Source: Okamejei kenojei (Eukaryota). Taken from it: 64,000 nt of DNA. Shown here piece by piece: positions 24,601-36,592 of the stretch (its first letter is position 1; every line of letters starts with the position of its first letter). The notes beneath the pieces were generated by a model that was not told the DNA's origin, made no database searches, and was given only the letters and a program-made list of their open reading frames with translations. The DNA is taken from NCBI GenBank assembly GCA_035221665.1, contig CM069156.1, positions 29,574,001 to 29,638,000 on the forward strand. The letters are read 5' to 3'. The position numbers and the translations under genes are program-made.

Positions 24601-25744
24601 GGAAAAGGACTCAGAACAATTGAAAAAAGTCCACCATCTAGTAAGCAAGCAAAGGTGAATAAATTCAACAGCTGCCAAAACTCTCAGCCAATTTATTTCT
24701 GCATTATTGTCAGTCAAAGATTGCCCCAAATCACAAACCCACCACGGCCAAGGCTGTGGCTAACTACAGCCCAAGGACTGGACCCGTACTCCATCTCCAA
24801 CAGCAGGTGTGGTGCAATCTGAATCAAAACACCAGAACTGCCCCATTTTACACACTTGCCACTTAACAAGGTTGCAGGGCTGTCTGCTCAAACTGAACGA
24901 GCCAGGGTTGAGATGTGACATGGGTTTCCTTCACTCCTTGGATCCATTGCTTCCGTCGCCTCAGCTGCACTGGCGTTGCCTCGGTGCTGGGACACAGACC
25001 CATCACGTCACTGTTGAGGAGGGGAAGGTTGCTCCTCCGGTGGGCTCCTGACTGGCTCCTCTCGCTGGCACTTGGAATCTGTGCACGTACCCTTCACGGC
25101 TGCTCCCACTGACTCTGCTGCCTTGGCCTGAGTGGGAAAATAAAACCAGATCATGTCCAAGTACAATGTGCCTCCAACATCAGTGGCTGTGACTCTCGCC
25201 TGAGCCACGATGTGTGTTCTAGCCGATAACTTCAACCCCCTGGTGCCGTATCAAGTATCTCTAAACTCAACCAAACTTACCTAGGCTAAAACGTAAAACG
25301 CACCTACATGTTATTGATGGAGGATTTCAGTGCCAAAGGAGTACTGCAAAATCAGAGGAGCACACCATAGGACTTAATTCTTAATGTATTCACATTTTAG
25401 GATGTAGACGTTACAGGCAAGGCCAGTATTTACCACCTATCCTGAGCACTTTGAAGGTCGTGCAGCCTGTAGACTTGGGCTGCTTCACTTTCTGAGGCAG
25501 CTGCAGTTTTTTGCATTTCAACCTTTGCCACAAGCCGGTGAGGTTTCTAATTGGTGTTGCATTGGTCACTCCAAGGCCACAGAACTTCAAATGGTGAAAT
25601 TTGCAACTAGAAGTAGTGTGGAGGTTCGGACTGGCTGACTGCAAGGGAAAAGTCCCCTATCTTCTGGATTCATGCATTTTCTCCTTTCTACCCTTCCCCA
25701 AATAAATAATAGATTACGATTAGATGCTGATGATTAGAGAGAGG

Positions 25745-26145
25745 CCACGTTTAAAGGAGATGTGCAGGGCAACTTTTTTACACAGAGAGTGATAGGTGCC
25801 GGGAATGAGCTGCTAGGCGTGGTGGTGAAGGCAGATATAATTGTGGTATTTAAGCTATTAGATAGGCACATGGTATGTGCAGGGAATGGAGGGATGTACG
25901 TCATGTGCAGACAGAGGAGATTAACTTGGCAACTTGTGTAGGAAGGAACTGCAGATGCTGGTTTAAACTGCAGATAGGCACAAAAAGCTGGAGTAACTCA
26001 GTGAGACAGGCAGCATTTCTGGAGCAAAACATTCCTTTGTTGCCTGTCCCGCTGAGTTACTCCAGCTTTTTTGTGTTTAACTTGGCGTCCTGTTCAGTAC
26101 AGACATTGTGGGCTGAAGGGCCTGTTCCAGTGCTGTACTGTTCTA
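25745..26145 (+). mobile_element. CR1 3' fragment interrupted by a fold-back Penelope-derived element
   Basis: TTTAAAGGAGATGTGCAGGGC...CAGAGAGTG...GGGCTGAAGGGCCTGTTCCAGTGCTGTACTGTTCTA. Confidence 0.85.
25931..26076. mobile_element. Fold-back Penelope-derived element with 10-bp flanking duplication
   Basis: Inverted arms CACAAAAAGCTGGAGTAACTCAG..AGACAGGCA / TGCCTGTCCCGCTGAGTTACTCCAGCTTTTTTGTG; TTAACTTGGC at 25921-25930 and 26077-26086. Confidence 0.8.
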
Positions 26146-26393
26146 ATAAAATGCTGGCAAAGTTTACTAGATTAGCGACATCCGTGGAGAGAGAAACAGA
26201 ATTCACATTTCAGGTTCTTGATCCTATGTTGGATGACACCTCTGTTTGCAGTGAATCCAAGAGCAGGGAGATTATGCTCCAGCATTCCACAACACTGGTC
26301 AGACTTCAGCTGAAGTACTGCCTGCAGTACCGGCTACCACCACCAGAGGCGGTGTTCTGGCACTGGAGAGGGTGAAAAGAAGATTCACTAGGA

Positions 26394-28091
26394 CAATAGA
26401 CATTCGGCCCTTCGAGCCAGCACCGCCATTCAATATGATCATGGCTGATCATCCACAATCATTCTCGCCATATCCCCTATCTTTAAGAGCTCTATCTAAT
26501 TCTCTCTTGAAAGCATCCAGAGAATTGGCCTCCTCTGCCTTCTGAGGCAGAGAATGCCACAGATTCACAACTCTCTGGGTGAAAACGTTTTTCCTCATCT
26601 TCGTTCTAAATGGCCTACCCCTAATTCTTAAACTGTGGCCCCTGGTTTTGGATTCTCCAACACCGGGAACATGTTTCCTGCATCTAGTGTGTCCAATCCC
26701 TTAATAAGCTTATATGTTTCAATGAGATGCCCTCTCATCCTTCCAGGGTATACAAGCCCAGCCGCTCCATTCTATCAACATATGACAGTCCCGCCATCCT
26801 GGGAATTAACCTTGTGAACCTACGCTGCACTCCCTCAATAACAATAATGTCCTTCCTCAAATTAGGAGACCAAAACTGCACACAATACTCCAGGTGTGGT
26901 CTCACTGGGGCCCTGTACAACTGCAGAAGGACCTCTTTGCTCCTATACCCAACTTCTCTTGTTATGAAGGCCAACATGCCATTCGCTTTCTTCACTGCCT
27001 GCTGAACCTGCATGCTTACTTTCAGTGACTGATGAACAAGGACCCCCAGATCTTGTTGTACTTCCCTTTTCCCAACTTGACACCATTCAGATAATAATCT
27101 TCCTTCCTGTTTTTGCCACCAAAGTGGATGACCTCACATTTTATCCACATTAAACTGCATCTGCCATGCATCTGCCCACTCACCCAACCTGTCCAAGTCA
27201 CCCTGCATCCTCATAGCATCCTCCTCACACTTCATACTGCCATCCAGCTTTGTGTCATCTGCAAATTTGCTAATGTTACTTTTAATCCCTTCATCTAACT
27301 CATTAATATATATTCTAAATAGCCGCAGTCCCATCACAGAGCCTTGCGGTACCCCCCTAGTCACTGCCTGCCATTGTGAAAGGGACCCGTTAATCCCTAC
27401 TCTTTGTTTCCTGTCTGAAAAAACAATTTTCTATCCATGTCAGTACCCTACCCCCAATACCATGTGCTCTAATTTTGCCCACTAATCTCCTATGTGGGAC
27501 CTTATCAAATGCTTTCTGAATGTCCAGGTGCACTACATCCACTGGCTCTCCCTTGTCCATTTTCCTACTTGCATCCTCAAAAAATGCCAGAAGATTAGTC
27601 AATCATGATTTCCCCTTCGTAAATCCTTGCTGACATGTTGGGCCGATCCTGTTACTGCTATCCAAATGTGCCGCTATTTCAGCTTTTATAATTGACTCCA
27701 GCATCTTCCCCACCACCGATGTCAGGCTAACTGGTCTACAATTCCCTGTTTTCTCTCTCCCGCCTTTCTTAAAAAATAGGATAACATTAGATACCCTCCA
27801 ATCCACAGGAACTGATCCTGAATCTATAGAACATTGGAAAATGATCACCAATGTGTCCACGATTTTGAGAGACACTTCCTTACGTACCATGGGATGCAGA
27901 CCATCAGACCCTGGGGATTTATCAACCTTCAGTCCCATCAGTCTACCCAACGTCATTTCCTGTCTAATGCAAATTTCCCTCAGTTCCTCCGTCACCCTAA
28001 GTCCTCTGGCTATTAGTACATCTGGGAGATGGTTTGTGTCTTCTTTAGTGAAGACGGATCCAAAGTACCTGTTTAACTCGTCTGCCATTTC
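26394..28091 (-). mobile_element. CR1 LINE, 5'-truncated (~1.7 kb of ORF2 RT plus 3' UTR)
   Basis: ORFs 27603..28094 (KSPGSDGLHP, NCRPVSLTSVVGKMLE), 27390..27602 (LDIQKAFDKVPH), 27134..27364 (GVPQGSV, KFADDTKL), 26735..27013 (RPHLEYCVQFWSP). Confidence 0.97.
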
Positions 28092-29239
28092 CATTACACA
28101 ACACTGGTCAGACTTCAGCTGAAGTACTGCCTGCAGTATCTGTCACCACCACCAGAGGAATGGTGTTCTAGCAATGGAGAGGGTGAAAAGAAGATTCACT
28201 AGGATGTGGGAACAAGGAACTGCAAATGCTGGTTTGATAGAGTGGACTTGGGGAGATACACTTGTGGGAGAGAGAAAAAACCTAGAATCATCCCACCAGC
28301 AAACCAAGGAGAAAGGTCTAAACCAGGGGAGTGGGGTTGTCACACGGATTCACTTTCCTAAAGCTTTCTATTCTGCTCACTAATACCCATTTTCTCTCCA
28401 TTTTGAGCAGTTTTGCTATGTAACAGTTTGCTATGTAAATGCAGGCGGCGTTGGTATTGTGTGGCTGTGCCCTGCAGTGGTGTGAAGCAGTCAGCGTGAG
28501 TCAAGCAACGCTGCTGACCTAAACTGGCCGCTGTACTCATCAGAGTATTTACTGGAGCCTATCTCCTGCTTGCAAGCAAGAAGGCAGACAGCTCAGGAGC
28601 TTTGTTCTGTCTCAGTGAGTCAGTCAATTCCACAGGATGGGAGTGAACGGGAAGGGGGATCAGATACGGCAGGATTCCACACTTCAATCTCTTCCGCAAT
28701 TTACCTGGAGTTTACTGTGCACACTCGACCTGAACCAATTCGCTTAACGTGACTGAACCTTAGCCCAAACTGCCTGTGATAAGCACATTGCAGGAGTTAG
28801 GGCATCATCCAACACACTGCCATGGACTGATAATCAAGAAAATGGCACACCGTGAGATTACACAGAGAGCTGGCTTCAGAGATCATCCGACTCGAAATAT
28901 TATCAGTTTCTGTATTGCATGGAGCATTAGATTGGGAATTCCATCATGGAAGAGGGAAAAAAAACCTTTGGCCAAAATGAACTGCCCAGGCTCTTTGCAA
29001 GAATTTGAACCTTTCAGGATATTTGTTTTTATTTCCAACATTGTCAGAGGGGCAATGGAGACAAAATTGATTCAAACATAGTCTTGTAACGCCTATTATA
29101 CCGTCCTTCTCCGATGCTGACAATATATATGTAAACTTTAAAATCAAAGGCCTTCCTTCCATTACACCTCTGTAGCCACACACTTTGCTTCTAACAAAGA
29201 TGCAGCTTGAAAAACAATGATAGATGAAGGTGCACTGTG

Positions 29240-29372
29240 AGAGTCTGAAGATGGGTCTCGACCCAAAACGTCACCCATTCCTTTTCTCCAGAGATGCTAC
29301 CTGTCCCGCTGAGTTACACCAGCATTTTGTGCCTATCTTTGGTTTAAACCAGCATCTGCAGTTCCTTCCGAC
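29240..29372 (+). mobile_element. Penelope-terminus-derived short element
   Basis: GTCTGAAGATGGGTCTCGACCCAAAACGTCACCCATTCC...CCAGCATCTGCAGTTCCTTCC. Confidence 0.85.
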
Positions 29373-29794
29373 ATCCTACATATCTATTGGGCAATCAGCT
29401 TAGACAGGATCTGATGGTTCTACATCCAGGATCACAAGAGAATAGAATAAACAGATATATTTTTACTTACAGAGGTGTGGAGAAGCCACCTTCACCAACA
29501 CTCAATAAAAACACACTTGAATATGCTTCAAATGCATTATTTTGTGAGGATATTTTAGGCTTTGACTAAACTTTGGTTAAAAGAAATGAATTGTGAATAA
29601 TTAAATACCGTCTCTGGTTCAAAACATCATTTATTGGGTAAAACATCAGTGTAAAATGGAACCTACATGTTCAGTGGTAATGTGTGAAATGTGGAATGCA
29701 ATTTGTACATAGCAATAGCAACAAAATAAATAAACACATGAATTGATTCTAGATGTGGATTCAGGCATATAAATATTGGGCACAGTACCAGGGA

Positions 29795-30186
29795 GGTCTG
29801 AAGAAGGGTCTCGACCCGAAAAGTCTCCTATTCCTTTTATCCAGAGATGCTGCCTGACCGGCTGAGTTACTCCAGCTTTCTGTGTCTATCTTCACTTACT
29901 CACTAACAGATGGCCCAGTGGCACAGCTGATAGAGCTGCTGCCTCAGAGCGCCAAAGACGCGGGTTCGATCCTGACCTTGGGTGAATGTGGAGTCTATAC
30001 ATTCTCCCTGTGACGGCAAGGATTTCCTCCGGTTTTCTGCCATGTCCAAAAGTCATGTGGGTTTGTAGGATAATTGGGCACTCTGTAAATTGTCTCCAGT
30101 GTGTAAAGAAAGTGGGACAACATAGAACTAGTGTGAACCAGTGTGAATGGTCGGCGTGGACCCAGCATCTGCAGTTCCCTCCTACG
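29795..30186 (+). mobile_element. Penelope-derived short element split by a V-SINE (~29910-30160)
   Basis: GTCTGAAGAAGGGTCTCGACCCGAAAAGTC...TGTGTCTATCTTC, then the SINE, then CCAGCATCTGCAGTTCCCTCCTAC. Confidence 0.8.
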
Positions 30187-30841
30187 CCAGGGAGAGCTGT
30201 TGTGTTCGTTAAAACAGTGGCGCTTTCACCCAAGAGGGTGCACGGGGCTTTGGGATAACACTTTGTTTGATAGACAACATTGCAGCAACTCTTCAGCACT
30301 GCAAAGGGAAAACAATCAGCAATGTTCTGACTCTGAAGCAGTACTATTAACTGAGACATGGAGGCCAACAGCAAGAGGCATCCTGAAGGCATCGGATAAA
30401 TGGTGGCAATTCCTTTTTATTTTAAACAATAAGAAAGAAGTTATTGCATCTGAATGTTTGCTTCCACACTGGGAGTTCGGGGCATGGTCTTGGTCTCCAC
30501 TCTCAAGAATATAGAGGCATCACAGAGGTGATAACATATAGAGGTATCAAAGTGGGAATAACACAACAAACAGGTTTGTAACAACAGGAACGGCTAGACT
30601 GGGTGCTACACTGACAGACAATCAAAGTAGCTGCACATACTGAAAATATGAAATTAAAACCGAAAATATTGGAACTGCCCAGCATGTCTGGCAGCTTCTG
30701 GGGAAAGATAAATGGTTAATGTTTACGATCCAGAACCTTTCGAAATAAGGGCTCCGGTCCTGAAACATTAACCGTTTCTCTCTCCACAGATGCTGCTGCC
30801 ACATACGATGGTGAGATTAGCAAAACTGCAGGCCACTAGTG

Positions 30842-31120
30842 AGTAGGAAGGAACTGGTTTACACCGAAGATAGACACAAAAAGCTGGAGTAACTCAGCGG
30901 GTAAGGCAGCAAATCTGGAGAAAAGGAATTGGTGACGTTTCGGATCGATTTGGCTTTGATCTGTCTTTTTGCATATCTTACATGAATTTGTTCTATGTAG
31001 CTTTTCATATCTCTCAGTTCCCTCTCCCCTGAATCAGTCTGAAGAAGGGTCTTGATGCGAAACATCACCTATTCCTTTTCTCCAGAGATGCTGCCTGACC
31101 CGCTGAGTTACTCCAGCTCT
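30842..31120. mobile_element. Fold-back Penelope-derived element with spacer
   Basis: Left arm AAGCTGGAGTAACTCAGCGGGT..GGCAGC..TGGAGAAAAGGAAT.GGTGACGTTTCG; right arm CTGAAGAAGGGTC...CACCTATTCCTTTTCTCCAGAGATGCTGCCTGACCCGCTGAGTTACTCCAGC. Confidence 0.85.
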
Positions 31121-31577
31121 AGATATGGCTTAATATCTTAGGCCATTAAGTGAGTCTCAAATCAATCCAACGGAGAAATCTCTTCACCAAGAGAAAGCTA
31201 ATAATGTGGAACATGCTTACACATTCCCCAGATACTTCCTGCCTTGCTAAGTATTTTCAGTACTATCCACTTTTATATCTCAGAAAGCATCGGAGGGGAT
31301 GCATAGATAATTGTAAGGGTGAGCAATGAAGTGTATGTGGTGGGTAAGGCATGGTGTTAGTAGATGTCGATGGGGCTAGAAACAGGTGGTAAAGAGTGGT
31401 CAGTGAAAAAGCAAACAAAACATTTTGCAGATGTTGTAAATCTGAAACATAGAAAATACTGGAAAGAGCAAGTCAGGCAATATCTATGGATAGATATTGG
31501 ACAATATCTAGGGAGAGAAACAGTTAAGGTTTCAGGTCTACGATCCTTTGTCTGGGCTGGCTGTAAAAAAAGAGTAT

Positions 31578-31966
31578 AGGGCCTGTCCTACTTGCACGCG
31601 ATTGCATGCGTTTGGCGCGACCAAACCTGGTCGCTTGAGGCGTACGGGCATCGTATGGCCGCGCGGGGCCGGTCCCACTTAGAAGCGTGGAGTTGTGCGG
31701 GTCTGGTCCCGACATCGCGCGGGGCTCCGAAAATCTGACAGTGTCCGAAATCTTCGCGCGCCAATGGTCGTATGCAGTGTCTTGACGGTGTACGCCTAGC
31801 GCGTGGCATTGCGTGATGACGTGACTGCCCGACGCCCAAATTCAGTCGGCCCGCCTCCTGCCCAGATGATTGGTGAGTATGACGCAAATGACGTCTCGCG
31901 CAAATTTCGCGTGAACTCCGTGGTTGCGCCAAACGCATGCAATCGCACGCAAGTGGGACAGGCCCT
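31578..31966. mobile_element. PIF/Harbinger-type MITE (389 bp, CpG-rich)
   Basis: ~46-bp TIRs AGGGCCTGTCC(T/C)ACTTGC..GCGATTGCATGCGTTTGGCGC; 3-bp flanking duplication TAT/TAT. Confidence 0.85.
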
Positions 31967-31969
31967 TAT

Positions 31970-32230
31970 GTCTCTAAAGCTGGAGAATTTGTTTTTTTCC
32001 AGAATGCTGAAACGGACCCAGAAGGAAGGTGAGGTGTTGTCCTCGAACTTGTGTTCGGCCTCGATGTAATAGTGTAGGTGATCATTGATAGATCTGAGTC
32101 TGAAGAAGGGTCCTGGCCCAAAACACTGTCCATCCATTTGGTCCACAGATGCTGCTTGACGTGTTGAGTTCCTCCAGCACTTTGTGTTTTGCTCAAGATT
32201 CCAGCATCTGCAGTTCTTTGTGTCTCCACT
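31970..32230. mobile_element. Penelope fragments: minus-strand GIY-YIG C-terminal remnant plus plus-strand terminus
   Basis: Minus strand LHYYIEAEHKFED.. resembles LLHCRSAAQRKLAEQHL at ~48750; GTCTGAAGAAGGGTCC...CCAGCATCTGCAG at 32097-32225. Confidence 0.6.
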
Positions 32231-32297
32231 GGTAGAGAGATCAGTGACAGTGAGGAACAGATCACAGATAGAGGACGGGAGAATGAATGGATATAAA

Positions 32298-32786
32298 TGG
32301 ACGTCAAGCTACAGCAAGCTACCGAGAACCGCCAACCCATTAGGACGTCCACCTACGACCACACCTCTGACTAGCTGCGGCCACACAGGCGACAACCTAC
32401 GACAACCAAAGTCAACCTATGTCCACCCGCGACAAGTTACGACCCTGTCGGTGACAACTGAAGACAACTGAAGACAATTCAGTTGCTGGTACTTGACGTA
32501 GGTTGGCGTAGGGAGTCGGCAATGGAATTCACCGAAGTCAGCACCCGGCGACAACCAGCGTCACCTGGCGACAGCCCATGATGGCACCTACGTTAGGAGA
32601 AGACAAGCTACGTCAAGCCCACAGTCGCCGAAAAGTTTCAAAATCCAGCGGCGACCAGAAAAACGTTACGACTCTTTAGGTGACTTGAGGAGACTACTCG
32701 CGACCATACAGGCATCACCCCGCGACCATGTGGCGACAACCTAGTCGCCTGTAGTCGCTAAAAAAATCGCCTAAGTGCCACAGGGG
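32298..32786. mobile_element. Truncated Harbinger-type MITE with internal CTACGAC/GGCGAC repeats
   Basis: CpG-rich; right end ATCGCCTAAGTGCCACAGGGG resembles the ..CCAAGTGGGACAGGCCCT ends of the MITEs at 31578 and 58037; no left TIR seen. Confidence 0.55.
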
Positions 32787-32789
32787 ATT

Positions 32790-33278
32790 CTGGCAGCATC
32801 TATGGAGGACATGGATAGGTGACATTTCTAGTCAGGTCCCTTCATCGGTCCCTTTTTCAGAGAAGGGCAACTGTGGAGAAAGTGAAGGAGAAAAAGAGGG
32901 AGGGAATAGATGAAGTGATGAGTGGGAGAGAGAAAAAATAAACGGAGAAAGAAAATGAGACAGCAGGAACTGTAGATGCTGGAATCTTGTACAAAACACC
33001 AAGTGTCGTTGCAACTCAGCAAGTCAGGCAGCATCGGCGGAGGAGATAGATAGGTGACGATTTGAGAAGAGTTCTGAACATCCTCAACAGATGCCGCCTG
33101 ATCCACTGAGCTACTCCAGCACTTTGTGCTTTGATTCAAGAAAGACAAAGAACGGGATGGGGTGGGTGCTGGGCAACTGGAAGGTGCAATCACCCAATCT
33201 ACGTTTGGTTTCTTCAACACAGAGTAGGCCACAGTGTGAACAGCGAATGCAGTACACGAGATTGGAAGAAGAGGGCGT
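32790..33278 (-). mobile_element. Cluster of Penelope-derived termini and a GIY-YIG fragment
   Basis: ORF 33111..33368 contains SSNLVYCIRCSHCGLLCVEETKRRLGD; terminus copies at 32790-32850 and 32965-33135. Confidence 0.75.
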
Positions 33279-33518
33279 CACCCTGACTACGGGTGCTGTC
33301 TGTGTGGAGTTTGCTCGTTCTCCCTGTGACCGCGTGTCTTTTCTCCGGGTGCTCCTGTTTCCTCCCACATTCTAAAGACGTGCAGGTTTCTAGGTTAATT
33401 GGCCTCTGCAAAAATTGTCCCCAGTGTGTGGTGTACAGATAATCGTTGATTGACCCAGACCCGGTGGGCCGAAGGACCTCTTTCCACGCTGTATTTCTAT
33501 CTCTAAAGTAATAAACTA
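33278..33518 (+). mobile_element. V-SINE (5'-truncated)
   Basis: CCTGACTACGGGTGCTGTCTGTGTGGAGTTTG...GGTGGGCCGAAGG...CTCTAAA. Confidence 0.85.
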
Positions 33519-33534
33519 AAAGAGCGAGTCTGTG

Positions 33535-33946
33535 TGTCTGCGGAAAAGACTGCAAAAAGTAGTAAACACTGCCCAGTCCATCATCGGCTCTTGACCTCCC
33601 TACCATCGAGGGGATCTATCGCAGTCACTGCCTCAAAAAGGCTGCCAGCATCATCAAGGATCCACACACACCATCCTGGCCACTAACTCATCTCCCCGCT
33701 GCCTTCAGGTAGAAGGTACAGGAGCGTGAAATCTGCAACATTCAGGTTCAGGAATAGACTCTTCCCCACAGCCATCAGGGTATTAAACATAAATAGACTC
33801 TTCTATGTATTTTCCACACTGATCTGTTCTGTATTTATTTATGCCTACTATATTCTGTTGTGCTGAAGCAAAGCAAGAATCTCATTGTCCTATCTGGGAC
33901 GCATGACAATAAACTCTCTTGCATCTTGCATCTTGAATCTTGAATC
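33535..33946 (+). mobile_element. Rex1/Babar LINE 3' fragment
   Basis: RKRLQKVVNTAQSIIG...LPSGRRYRS..FRNRLFPTAIR, homologous to the C-terminus at 42442-42700; ends ACAATAAA plus (CTTGMAT)n tail. Confidence 0.75.
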
Positions 33947-34594
33947 TGCGGGCTCGTTGTGATCTGATTGTAATGCCGGCTGGTGTCTGTGGATGGCGCT
34001 GCCTGCCTGGCAGTGAGCAGACGCTTGGCAGGGCAGGGGGGAGAGAGCGATGGCTGCAATCGATAAGAGTCGGGCCAATTTGGGATGCGTTTCACAGCAA
34101 TTAACAATAAAGCAAACACACCTCGAACCCCCGAATAAATCATTCAATGCCAGTAATTCTCCCACTCAACAGCTGCAAAACAGGAAAAATAAATAAAAGC
34201 TCACTAGGAATGGAGAGAAGTGTCAAAAGATAAAGCTGGCGTTTTATTGTTGCTGTTCAGGTATGTTGAGTGTATCTGTTGTTATGACGTGGGTTGGGCT
34301 GGTCTCCCTTCCCCCACTCTAACCTGATCCTGCTGTCCTTACTCTCTTCAGCTCAATGTCATACCTACTTTGCAATTTTTTGAAAATGCATTTGGTTCTG
34401 CATTTTTTCAAAAATAAATTCCAGTTGATAGATGCTGAGCTTCCCATGGCTGTATTCATTTCTGCATGCTGCACATAAAGGTGCCTCAACACTGTGAGGT
34501 GGGGAGAAAAATAAGGGATAATTTTCTGTGATGGGGAGAAAGAGGCGGTTAGGGCAAAGCACAGAGGGCGGGCAAGGAGAATGAATGTATAGAC

Positions 34595-34980
34595 GGCACG
34601 GTGGTGGAGATGGGAGAGCTGCTGCCTCACAGCGCCTGAGACCTGGATTAAATCCTGAGCTTGGGCACTGTACGTGTTCTCCCTGTGACCACGCCTGGTT
34701 CTTCTGGCTTCTTCCCAAATCCCAAAGATGTGTGGGCTTGTAGGTTAATTGGTCCCTGTAATTTGCCCCGAATGAGTAGGGATGTGAACGTCGGTGCCTG
34801 GAACGTGCTGCCGGGGCTCAGGGGCGATGGTGGAAGCAGAAGTGGAAGTTGCATTTGCAAGGCACAATGAAGCGCAGGGAATGGAGCAATATGGAGCATG
34901 TGCAGGCCAAAGTGATTAGTTTAAGAAGACCTCACATTCGGCACAGGCATCAAGGGCCTGTTCCTGTGCTGTGCTGTTGG
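34595..34980 (+). mobile_element. V-SINE joined to a CR1 3' fragment
   Basis: GGCACGGTGG..GAGCTGCTGCCTCACAGCGCC...GTAGGTTAATTGG, then GGTGCCTGGAACG...AAGGGCCTGTTCCTGTGCTG. Confidence 0.7.
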
Positions 34981-35734
34981 ATGAAAGGGAATGGGCGAGT
35001 GAGAGTGAGGAAATGAGATATGGAAGAGTGAAAATGAGAATAATGCGATTGAAACAGTGTATAGTGAGTGATAAAGAATGCAAGTATGAGACAGTGAAAG
35101 GGGATGAAGGGCTGTGTGCAATCAGCACACTAGGAGATAAGTAAGGGTACAGAATGGTCCCAGCCTGCTTTCAAATGTCCTGCCCACAAATTCTCACCAG
35201 TGGCTGCATGACACGTCGAAATGATCCAATATGGAGGCTCCAATAGCCAATATCGCTCACGGAACAGAAGCCACTCTATCTCTGGCATGGTTCTACCGGG
35301 GTCAAGATTCTGCTTGTCATTGAAGCTTTGTCCTACTGGGGAGTCGCAATGAGCTTTTTTCCGGCTCTTTTCCAGCTTTCTGCTCCTATCACTCGGAGGA
35401 AGTGTCCAAACCAGAATCTTTGCTTGTCCATTCCCTCTGTAGATGCTGCCTGCCCTTCTGAATTCCTCCAAAAGTTTGTGTTTTGCTCAAGATTCCAGCA
35501 TCCACAGTTTCTTGTGTATCAAAGCGTTTTATTCTCGATTTTATCACTGGACATTTGGGAGATTCTAGGATGAACTGGAAGGAGTTACCAACCGTTTACT
35601 GAAGCAATAATTTGTAAGGAGCAGGTGTGGGCCACTGAGGGCTGAGCTCTGAGCGGTGCCAAGTTTGCTGTGTGGTTTGAGTGGGATCATGTTTCAGTCC
35701 AACTTCAGGATGATGATTGAAAAACCAAAATGGT

Positions 35735-35920
35735 TTAGTTTAGTTTAGAGATATGGGCTCTTCGGCCCAAGTCGACACTGACTACCGATCACCCATACAC
35801 TGGTTCTATGATATCCCACTTTTGCATCCACTCCCTACACACCAGAGGCCAATTAACCTACAAACTCACACATATTTGGGATGTGGGGGAAAACTGGAGC
35901 ACTGTACCACAGTTGCACCC
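35735..35920 (-). mobile_element. V-SINE, internally deleted
   Basis: TTTAGTTTAGTTTAGAGATA...AGGCCAATTAACCTACAAAC...GGAAACTGGAGCAC. Confidence 0.75.
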
Positions 35921-36119
35921 ATGCATTACTTTGCCACAAATTGTTTGTTTCAATTAGGTCACCTTATCCTTCTGTGGAATCTGCTTAATCTCTCCTCAAA
36001 CTACAAATTAGCCATTTGATAAATCAATCTGTTGGATCTTCTCTGTAACTCCTCCAGTATAAATATATCCTTGCTTCGAATAGAGTAAAACACCTGGCCA
36101 CAAACCCCGAAACTCTTAT

Positions 36120-36590
36120 CAATTTCAACACAAGCACCATAGAACATATCCCATCTGGAGGCATCACAGCTTGGTTTGGCAAAAGCTCTGCCCAAACTGC
36201 AAGAAATTGTAGAGAGCTGTGGATGTAACCCAGTTCATTACACAAACAAGCCTCTCCCCCATTGACTCCCCCTACACTTCACACTGCCTTGTGGAAACAG
36301 CCTCATAATCAGGGACCATTTACACCCCAGTCGTTCCATCATCTGCCCTTTCCCATCATGCTGAAGATACCAAAGCCTGAAAGCACATGCGACCAGATTC
36401 AGGAACAGCTTCATCCTGTTGGTATTAAACTACTAAACGGTCCTAACATAAACTAGGGCAAAGTCCCGATCTCCCAATCTACCTCATTGCGGATCTTACC
36501 GTTTTTTTAACTGCACTTTCTCTGTAACTGTAATGCAATAACGCTGTTGCATTATATTCTGTATCCCTGTTTTTTTTTCTCTATGCACTG
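36120..36590 (+). mobile_element. Old Rex1/Babar-like 3' fragment (3' UTR resumes ~37245-37350)
   Basis: GCATCACAGCTTGGTTTGGCAA..GCTCTGCCC..CAAGAAATTGTAGAGAG...ACCAGATTCAGGAACAGCTTC. Confidence 0.6.
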
Positions 36591-36592
36591 CA

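Noticed and set aside
32340-32760. CRISPR-like or coding appearance of CGAC repeats (also 58090-58300)
   Set aside because: Irregular short repeats without constant repeat-spacer periodicity, inside MITEs in a eukaryotic context.
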